In this document: piece by piece, positions 9,111-14,862 of the stretch
How the letters are laid out: the number at the start of each line of letters is the position of its first letter
Numbering within the stretch: the stretch's first letter is position 1
From: Nitrososphaerota archaeon
GTDB lineage: Archaea; Thermoproteota; Nitrososphaeria; Nitrososphaerales; UBA57
NCBI GenBank assembly: GCA_013306035.1
Contig: JABUBF010000006.1
Coordinates: 32,119 to 64,118 of the forward strand
DNA: 32,000 nt
Reading direction: 5' to 3'
Notes under the pieces: generated by a model
Databases searched by the model: none
The model's input: the letters and a program-made list of their open reading frames with translations, nothing else
What the model was told of the DNA's origin: nothing
Position numbers and translations under genes: made by a program

Positions 9111-9785
9111 TCACTTTGAAATTAAACTTATAACCTTATCGTTAAGATCAGATGTATGCGCTTGATTTCCAATCAATTTTATTGCATTTCTTGCTTTTGT
9201 TCTTGCTTCATCTGTTCCTTTCAATAATATTGCGCCATTTTGACCTATTGTCATACGACAACCTGTATTTTCTTCAATCAATTTGATCATTGCCCCTTTT
9301 TTACCAATTACTCTTGGTATCTTTGAGGATGTGATGTATGCTATTTCTCCTTCCTTTATTTTACCTAATCCGGGACCACTAACTGAAATTAATGGGTCTC
9401 TAGTTCTGTCAAATGAAAGTATCTTTGCTATCAGACATTCTCCTTTATCGAATTGTGATTTCATTGAATCTCTCGAAGAAGAAAACTGTCTTCCGAACAC
9501 TGCTGATCCAGTTAATATTCCAAAGAACCATGAATTTATATCTACTTCCCATGCAAAGCCGTTCATATCTGCAACTTTTCCTATAACTACGTCATCCATT
9601 CTTGGTATATACGTTCCGTTTAATGGTATTACTCTAACTCCATTATATGCAATTTCTGCCATTCCTATTTTAGTACTAATAATTTTATTCCCACTTTTTA
9701 TTACATTTGCAATCGGATTATGATCTCCTTCAATCACTACGTCACCAGGCATGACATATTTTCTTTCTACTGAATTTGTTTTCAT
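9111..9785 (-). CDS. rrp4: Exosome RNA-binding cap subunit Rrp4 (S1 + KH domains)
   Basis: 224 aa. It has the N-terminal VMPGDVV, an S1-like central region and a KH GXXG motif VIGKKGAMIKLIEENTGCRMTIGQNG. Confidence 0.85.
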   Translation of the reverse strand: MKTNSVERKYVMPGDVVIEGDHNPIANVIKSGNKIISTKIGMAEIAYNGVRVIPLNGTYIPRMDDVVIGKVADMNGFAWEVDINSWFFGILTGSAVFGRQFSSSRDSMKSQFDKGECLIAKILSFDRTRDPLISVSGPGLGKIKEGEIAYITSSKIPRVIGKKGAMIKLIEENTGCRMTIGQNGAILLKGTDEARTKARNAIKLIGNQAHTSDLNDKVISLISK

Positions 9786-9787
9786 TG

Positions 9788-10501
9788 TTATTCTATCGAA
9801 TTTGCTATTATATTACCTTTAGTTAATGAATTCAATTTATCAATTAACATAATTTTTGAACCTGGCGATACTAAAATTACACTACTTAGTGAACCATCAT
9901 TATTCCATTCTTCAGATTCCACAGTTCCAAATTTCTTTAATATCCCTATGGATTGTGGTGCATATTGCGCTGGAATTGTAATCTTCAATTTACTTATCTC
10001 TGATTTCATTGGAATTACCTTCCTCAATTCTTCAATTATGCCCTTGATCTGTTCATCGGTATTTTTAATTGGATCGATACTCACTCTTGCTTCTATCAGC
10101 GCCTGTTCTATTCTCTGCGCCGGATGTGGAATTTTTGTCTTCGGATCAACATAATTGCCTGAGATTATTGTTATTATTTGCTTTCGTTTTTCCTCAATTT
10201 TCTGTTTTCTTTGTTGAGTATTGAGTAATAATTCACCTTTTTCTAAAATTATTCTCAGAGCTTCTTGATTATTGTTAGTTTTCAGATGTTTCTTTAACTT
10301 CTCATTAGATATTCTTACTCCCTTCTTCGCATCTGCATATATCTCATCAAAAGCAATTGCCTTTTCATATTCATGGGTTTCACCTCTCTTAAATCTTAAT
10401 GCATGATCTGGATCTACAAAAATCTCAAATTTTTCTCCAGAAATTGATAATCTTACTACTGTAAATTTTGAATTAACATTTTTCTTTTGGAAATCCTTCA
10501 T
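9788..10501 (-). CDS. sdo1: SBDS (Shwachman-Bodian-Diamond) family ribosome maturation protein
   Basis: 237 aa. The N-terminal FYSH-domain pattern VVRLSISGEKFEIFVDPDHALRFKRGE is present. It is the first gene of the exosome superoperon, as in other archaea. Confidence 0.85.
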   Translation of the reverse strand: MKDFQKKNVNSKFTVVRLSISGEKFEIFVDPDHALRFKRGETHEYEKAIAFDEIYADAKKGVRISNEKLKKHLKTNNNQEALRIILEKGELLLNTQQRKQKIEEKRKQIITIISGNYVDPKTKIPHPAQRIEQALIEARVSIDPIKNTDEQIKGIIEELRKVIPMKSEISKLKITIPAQYAPQSIGILKKFGTVESEEWNNDGSLSSVILVSPGSKIMLIDKLNSLTKGNIIANSIE

Positions 10502-10550
10502 TTATACAATCTTCAGCAATTAACTTCACATATAAATCAGTTGATAAATG

Positions 10551-10663
10551 CGGGTCCTAGGGGATTTCCATCGGAAGTCGGACCCCTGGCCACCGGATTT
10601 CTTTCCTGATGTTAAAAGTCCGGTGCTCTAGGAATTTATACTACCTGGCTGAGCTAAGGACCC
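10551..10663 (-). tRNA. tRNA-Lys (anticodon TTT, complement of 10614-10616) with three putative insertions
   Basis: Read on the minus strand: acceptor GGGTCCT/AGGACCC, discriminator G. The D-arm becomes GCTC-AGCCAGGTA-GAGC after removing 13 nt (about 10628-10640). The anticodon arm is CCGGA-CTTTTA[14 nt, 10599-10612]A-TCCGG. The T-stem AGGGG/CCCCT encloses 19 nt instead of 7, implying a 12-nt insertion (about 10566-10577). The T-loop cannot be made canonical (see findings). Confidence 0.65.
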
Positions 10664-10734
10664 ACAAAAAATAATTAATATTCACCTATTAGTGTGTTTA
10701 CTTGTATGTTTATTTCTTATTCAAATATGATAAG

Positions 10735-10851
10735 CGCCCCGGGCGGGAAATTCCGAAATTATTTCAATTTCTTTTGAACCCGCGTCTAAAGCGTGACAGG
10801 CTCCAATGCTAGGCCGAGATGTGCGATTATTGATCTCTACACCACCGGGGC
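10735..10851 (-). tRNA. tRNA-Asp (anticodon GTC, complement of 10795-10797) with two putative introns
   Basis: Read on the minus strand: acceptor GCCCCGG/CCGGGGC, discriminator G, anticodon arm GGAGC-CTGTCAC-GCTTT. The D-arm becomes GTGT-AGCGGCCTA-GCAT after removing a 20-nt hairpin insert AGATCAATAATCGCACATCT (10817-10836). The T-arm is GCGGG-TTCAAA[24 nt, 10749-10772]T-CCCGC. The mature length would be 73 nt. Confidence 0.7.
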
Positions 10852-10932
10852 TTAATATTTCAAAACATTCTCAAACTATAACTCTTTCGAATTTATCATA
10901 CTTAAAAATCTCAAGATTTAATTATTCGTAGA

Positions 10933-11733
10933 TTGAGTAATCGTGTAAATCTTAGTTACGTTCAATTTAATCCCGAATTTGGAAATATTGATAAAAATCT
11001 AAAAACTGTTTCCAAGTTATTATATAAGGCAAAACCTGGTATTGTAGTTCTTCCTGAATTAATGAATACCGGATATAATTTTATCTCTAAAAATGAAGTT
11101 CGTGGTTTGTCTGAATTATCAAAAACTGGAAAAACATCTACGTTGATGTCTCAAATTTCATCAGATATTAAATCCACCATTGTTGCGGGTTTTGTTGAAA
11201 AATCAAAAAATCATTACTATAACAGTGCAATGGTTGTATCAAAGGGTAAATTTATTGGCGTATACAGAAAAACACACTTATTTTATAATGAAAAACAGTT
11301 ATTCTCCAAAGGAAATACTGGATTTCGAATATTCAATATTGATAATTTTAAATTAGGAGTAATGATTTGTTCGGATTGGATCTGGCCTGAATCCGCACGA
11401 ACTCTTGCATTAAAAGGCGCAGATATAATCGCCCATCCTGCAAATCTTATTCTTAAAGGACTTTGCCAACAAACTATGCCAATTCGTTGTTTTGAAAATA
11501 GTGTTTTTGCTATTACTGCAAATCGAACTGGTATTGAAAAACGTGGTAAAGATTCTTTCCACTATACCGGTCAGAGTCAAATTGTAGGACCTAATATGAA
11601 AATACTATCTCGTGCTAGATCAAATTGTAATTCTGTAAATTCTGTAAATGTTAATCTATTAAACGCAAGAAATAAAACATTATTTAAGAACAACGATCTG
11701 ATTAAAGATCGAAGAACTAAATTCTATAAATAG
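10933..11733 (+). CDS. Carbon-nitrogen hydrolase (nitrilase superfamily)
   Basis: The Glu-Lys-Cys catalytic triad contexts are present: VVLPEL (E42), YRKTHLF and MICSDWIWPE. The start is TTG at 10933; the first in-frame ATG (M44) would delete the catalytic Glu. Confidence 0.8.
   Translation: MSNRVNLSYVQFNPEFGNIDKNLKTVSKLLYKAKPGIVVLPELMNTGYNFISKNEVRGLSELSKTGKTSTLMSQISSDIKSTIVAGFVEKSKNHYYNSAMVVSKGKFIGVYRKTHLFYNEKQLFSKGNTGFRIFNIDNFKLGVMICSDWIWPESARTLALKGADIIAHPANLILKGLCQQTMPIRCFENSVFAITANRTGIEKRGKDSFHYTGQSQIVGPNMKILSRARSNCNSVNSVNVNLLNARNKTLFKNNDLIKDRRTKFYK
11629..11646 (+). repeat. In-frame tandem duplication, 2 x 9 nt (AATTCTGTA)
   Basis: Direct reading gives aattctgta aattctgta followed by aat, encoding NSVNSVN near the C-terminus of the C-N hydrolase. 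Confidence 0.9.
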
Positions 11734-11745
11734 CTTGACGAATTC

Positions 11746-12138
11746 CTATTTGGAATCTTTCTTATTGAGTTTAATATATTTGTTATCATTTAAATTATAG
11801 AATTCCCATTTTCCTCTTTTTGGGTTTGATTTTCTCCTTTTTTCAAATGTCCATGCAAGAATTGGTTCAGCTCCTACTTTCTTTGCCCATATTTTCAGAT
11901 ATTTTCTTTCCACCTCGTCAATATCACTCAAATATTTAGAAACTTGTATAAACCAAACAATGGTTTTCTTTTTATCTTTTTTTACTGAAACAATGTCTAT
12001 TGGATAATATTTTTTTCCATCTACTACTACCATTCCTGCTTTTGAACCAGATCCTCTTATAGCAAACCATCCATTGATTCTTAGTTTACTTAATAGATTG
12101 TGCTCTCTTGCTCTACCTAAAATATACGAATTCGCCAT
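11746..12138 (-). CDS. Hjc-like Holliday junction resolvase / PD-(D/E)xK nuclease-fold protein
   Basis: 130 aa. The N-terminal GRAREHNLLSKLRINGWFAIRGSGSK aligns by eye with the Hjc pattern G..ERE....L...GF.V.R..GSK. It is followed by PIDIVSV and FIQVSK where Hjc has D and E-x-K. The motif is divergent (see findings). Confidence 0.55.
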   Translation of the reverse strand: MANSYILGRAREHNLLSKLRINGWFAIRGSGSKAGMVVVDGKKYYPIDIVSVKKDKKKTIVWFIQVSKYLSDIDEVERKYLKIWAKKVGAEPILAWTFEKRRKSNPKRGKWEFYNLNDNKYIKLNKKDSK

Positions 12139-12196
12139 AACTTTGAATATATATTTGTGGAATGTGTTAATAACTATTAGATATGAGAAATTAATT

Positions 12197-12859
12197 ATGA
12201 AGTCTTCCTATTTTACTACCCTTATTCAACTTCTTCTTCTTGGAGCAAAAAACCCCATCAAATTATCTACATCTGATCTTGCCATTTCTATAGATAAAAC
12301 TCAACAAACTGCATCAATGCATCTTTTATTTCTTGAAAAGAATAATATGATTGCCAGATATAAAATTGATGGAGATGATGTGATTCAAATATCTGCATCT
12401 GGTTTAAAGTACCTATTGTCTGTAAATCAAAAAATTCAGTCTGCTTTTGATGATAATAGTTCGACTCTTGTTACTGGAAAAGTATTTTCTGGACTTGGAG
12501 AAGGCGCATATTACATATCACTATCTGGGTATAAAAAACAATTTATCTCAAAACTAGGCTATGAACCATATCCTGGAACTCTTAATCTCAAACTATCCTC
12601 TAATCTACATAAACAATTCATAGAGAACTTGTCTAATGTGGATGGGATTATAATTGAAGGATTTACAGATAAAAAACGCACATACGGTAATGTTATCTGT
12701 TATCCATCAATTATTGATTCAAATATTCAAGGCAGTGTAATTCTTATTGAACGCACGCACCATGATAGTTCTGTTGTCGAATTGATTTCTCCTACTTTTC
12801 TTCGTAAAAAATTAAAACTTAAAGATGGAGACGAAGTTAAAGTAAATATCTCTGTTTAG
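12197..12859 (+). CDS. ribK: CTP-dependent riboflavin kinase with N-terminal wHTH domain (RbkR-type architecture)
   Basis: ORF track 12074..12859, trimmed to the ATG at 12197 (residue 42 of the track ORF) to avoid overlap with the divergent gene. The C-terminal domain GKVFSGLGEGAYYISLSGYKKQFISKLGYEPYPGTLNLKL matches archaeal RibK (MJ0056 family). The N-terminal ~75 aa (LSTSDLAISIDKTQQTASMHLLFLEKNNMIARYK) looks like a winged helix-turn-helix. Confidence 0.75.
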   Translation: MKSSYFTTLIQLLLLGAKNPIKLSTSDLAISIDKTQQTASMHLLFLEKNNMIARYKIDGDDVIQISASGLKYLLSVNQKIQSAFDDNSSTLVTGKVFSGLGEGAYYISLSGYKKQFISKLGYEPYPGTLNLKLSSNLHKQFIENLSNVDGIIIEGFTDKKRTYGNVICYPSIIDSNIQGSVILIERTHHDSSVVELISPTFLRKKLKLKDGDEVKVNISV

Positions 12860-12860
12860 G

Positions 12861-13493
12861 CTAGTTACTTTTACTTTTATATTCTTTTCTTAAATGCGAG
12901 CTCTTAATATGCGGTATTGGAGAATCTAATTTCTTTATTTTTATTCTTAAATTGTTCGATTTTACAAGTTCTCTTAATTTACTTAACTGATGTTTCTGAT
13001 CATATCCTATAGTAATTACATCAGGTTTTATTTTTTTTACTATTCTAAAAATATCTCCTTTATTTCCTATTAACGTGTAATCTACATATCTAATCGCAGA
13101 TACTAAGATTGATCTTCTATTTTCATTATTTATTGGCTTTCTTCCTTTAATTTTCTTTACTCTATCATCTCTTGCAATAGAAACAATCAATACATCTCCT
13201 TCATCTTTTGATTTTTTCAATGTATGTATGTGTCCTGGATGTATTATGTCATACACTCCACCTGTAAATACAATTATTATATTCTTTCTACCTTTATCTG
13301 TTAATATATAATTTTTTTTAACTTGTTTAATTAAATTCATAGTTTTCATTTTTGCAATATTTCTATCCAGTTCTTTTTTCTCTATATCTAAATATCTTTG
13401 AATATTACTTACTGATTTTTTTCCTTGTAAATTATTTATATAAATAATCTTCAATATCTTTCTTTCAATTTTATTTATCTTTATTTTTACCAC
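12861..13493 (-). CDS. ribL: FAD synthetase, archaeal RibL type (cytidylyltransferase fold), with N-terminal wHTH-like extension
   Basis: The core FTGGVYDIIHPGHIHTLKKSKDEGDVLIVSIARDDRVKKIKGRKPINNENRRSILVSAIRYVDYTLIG closely resembles the M. jannaschii RibL sequence as I recall it (GTFDILHPGH ... VARDETVKKLKGRKPI). The GTG start at 13493 overlaps the dph5 stop (GTGGTAA). The first ~70 aa resemble a MarR/ArsR-like wHTH. Confidence 0.7.
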   Translation of the reverse strand: MVKIKINKIERKILKIIYINNLQGKKSVSNIQRYLDIEKKELDRNIAKMKTMNLIKQVKKNYILTDKGRKNIIIVFTGGVYDIIHPGHIHTLKKSKDEGDVLIVSIARDDRVKKIKGRKPINNENRRSILVSAIRYVDYTLIGNKGDIFRIVKKIKPDVITIGYDQKHQLSKLRELVKSNNLRIKIKKLDSPIPHIKSSHLRKEYKSKSN

Positions 13494-14515
13494 TCTAATT
13501 CCACTTCTCCTAAGAAAATTAATGAATCTATTAATCCTTCTGCATATCCAATACTAAGTATTGCCAATTCAAATCGTTCTTCATCTTTAAATCTCTCTGC
13601 ATCATCAATGTATGCATCTATGTTCTTGAATAAATCAGTATATCTCTTTTCATTATTTGTCATCTCTCTTATTTTATTTAGTGTATTTCTTGCTTTTGGA
13701 ATATATTTATCTAACATATCTATAGAGATTGATTTAATATTAATTGAATTATTTGTAATCTCTTCTTCTTTTATTCCAAATAATTGAACTAATGCTTCTA
13801 CCTCTGTAAAATGAAGTTTACTTGGTATAATTATTGTATAAGGCGGTTTATCATATTGTTTTTTTAATAATTCATTTATTGTTCCACAATATATTTTTTG
13901 TTTACCCATCCCGATTCTTGAAGCAATAATTATCATACTTGATTTATTAATTACTTGTTTCTTTTGTTCTTTTTCAATACCTAATAATTGCTTTATTGCC
14001 TCGATTGGATCCAAATATTCATCTTCATCAAGATTGTATTCTAATAAAACTGTTGAATGTAATTCTGATAATAAATTTTTTAAAATTACATCATATACTG
14101 ATAACGGTGCAACTTTCGATTTGGTCATTAATGTTGTTATTCTTCCAAATTTGTATGAATGTAATCCTGTTTCTCCAGGCAGAACTGTTGTAATTGAACT
14201 ATTATGTAATATTTGTGTATGTATTCCTGCTTTTTCTGCGCGCATTCTTAAATCCATGTGTGTAGTTGCAATCATTGGATTCCCATAAGTCAATAACACT
14301 ACTGTATTATTTTTTGATTCTTCAATAATCTTATTTCCATTCTCTATAAATTCTCTTCCTACTTGTTCATATTGGAAGTCGAATTTATATTCATTATAAG
14401 GCATTGGAGGGCTCGTATATCTCTCAAAATAGATTTTATCTGCATTTTTTATTGTTTCTATAATCTCTCGAGTTATTGTATTCTCATTTAGTCCAAGTCC
14501 TGCAAAAATTATCAT
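13487..14515 (-). CDS. dph5: Diphthine synthase (Dph5) with ~85-aa C-terminal extra domain (DUF357-like)
   Basis: The N-terminal MIIFAGLGLNENTITREIIETIKNADKIYFERYTS and the PPYTIIIPSKLHFTEVEAL end of the tetrapyrrole-methylase fold are typical of Dph5 (usually about 255-265 aa). This ORF continues to 342 aa. Confidence 0.8.
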   Translation of the reverse strand: MIIFAGLGLNENTITREIIETIKNADKIYFERYTSPPMPYNEYKFDFQYEQVGREFIENGNKIIEESKNNTVVLLTYGNPMIATTHMDLRMRAEKAGIHTQILHNSSITTVLPGETGLHSYKFGRITTLMTKSKVAPLSVYDVILKNLLSELHSTVLLEYNLDEDEYLDPIEAIKQLLGIEKEQKKQVINKSSMIIIASRIGMGKQKIYCGTINELLKKQYDKPPYTIIIPSKLHFTEVEALVQLFGIKEEEITNNSINIKSISIDMLDKYIPKARNTLNKIREMTNNEKRYTDLFKNIDAYIDDAERFKDEERFELAILSIGYAEGLIDSLIFLGEVELEW

Positions 14516-14576
14516 ATTCTTTCTAATTATATCGAAGGAAAATGTTCAATAAAAAGTACATTGCAAGAATAACATT

Positions 14577-14685
14577 GGGTCTGTGGCTCAGCCAGGCAGT
14601 ATTTATGCCTAAAGCGGCTGGCTCTTAACCAGATATGTCTTTGACATAGGTGAATAAGTCGTGGGTTCAAATCCCACCAGACCCG
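14577..14685 (+). tRNA. tRNA-Lys (anticodon CTT at 14624-14626) with two putative introns
   Basis: Acceptor GGGTCTG/CAGACCC, discriminator G14685, T-arm GTGGG-TTCAAAT-CCCAC. The D-arm becomes GCTC-AGCCAGGCA-GAGC after removing 14600-14612 (13 nt). The anticodon arm is GCTGG-CTCTTAA-CCAG[22 nt, 14633-14654, containing hairpin TATGTC-TTT-GACATA]T, followed by variable loop AAGTC. The mature length would be 74 nt. Confidence 0.7.
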
Positions 14686-14823
14686 CTAATAACTTCCTTC
14701 TGCTAACGGCCTTAGGTGTCTTTTCCAAGATGTCGTATTACATTTATTACAATTATACAAAGACTTTCCTTTTCTCATCATTACATCTTTCTGTTTAATT
14801 ATTGTATGTGTTGTTTTTGTCAT
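14686..14823 (-). CDS. Hypothetical small basic protein (45 aa), not in the ORF track
   Basis: My own translation of the minus strand gives MTKTTHTIIKQKDVMMRKGKSLYNCNKCNTTSWKRHLRPLAEGSY. It starts 40 nt downstream of the rfcS stop on the same strand, and its stop codon abuts the tRNA-Lys 3' end. It has a single CxxC and no family recognised. It could be a chance ORF. Confidence 0.2.
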   Translation of the reverse strand: MTKTTHTIIKQKDVMMRKGKSLYNCNKCNTTSWKRHLRPLAEGSY

Positions 14824-14862
14824 ACAATTACTACAATGTCTTTTTTCATTTATCAATTTGAT

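Noticed and set aside
7542-9723. Long antisense ORFs opposite rrp42 (7542..7907 and 8004..8276), rrp41 (8535..8741) and rrp4 (9283..9723).
   Set aside because: Each lies entirely inside a well-supported exosome gene on the other strand and has biased Ser/Ile/Phe composition with no recognisable motif. They are shadow ORFs. The same applies to the other short antisense or out-of-frame ORFs in the track (for example 521..733, 1538..1858, 5265..5519, 17421..17711, 19077..19785, 25833..26108).
10530-10536. TATA-like elements, for example TTTATAT on the minus strand about 32 nt upstream of the SBDS start, and AATAAAAA about 25-30 nt upstream of tRNA-Lys(CUU).
   Set aside because: They are plausible archaeal promoters. 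However, AT-rich heptamers occur everywhere in this sequence, so I cannot distinguish them from background without TSS data and do not list them as features.
10502-10932. tRNA-flanked region upstream of the superoperon as a possible integration site for a mobile element. The same idea was considered at tRNA-Pro (4179-4312) and tRNA-Lys (14577-14685).
   Set aside because: There is no integrase or transposase gene, I saw no duplicated tRNA 3' half (att-like direct repeat) nearby, and the flanking genes are all core housekeeping genes.
12168-12179. Palindrome TAATA-AC-TATTA about 20 nt upstream of the RbkR-type ribK start, as a candidate autoregulatory operator.
   Set aside because: 5-nt AT-only arms are expected by chance many times in sequence this AT-rich. 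It cannot be supported without comparative or motif data, so I keep it only as something to test in the flavin finding.
14774-14782. C-box-like AATGATGAG on the minus strand, suggesting a C/D box sRNA between rfcS and tRNA-Lys.
   Set aside because: No CTGA D or D' box follows at the required spacing (about 12 nt and about 50-60 nt downstream), and no terminal stem is present.
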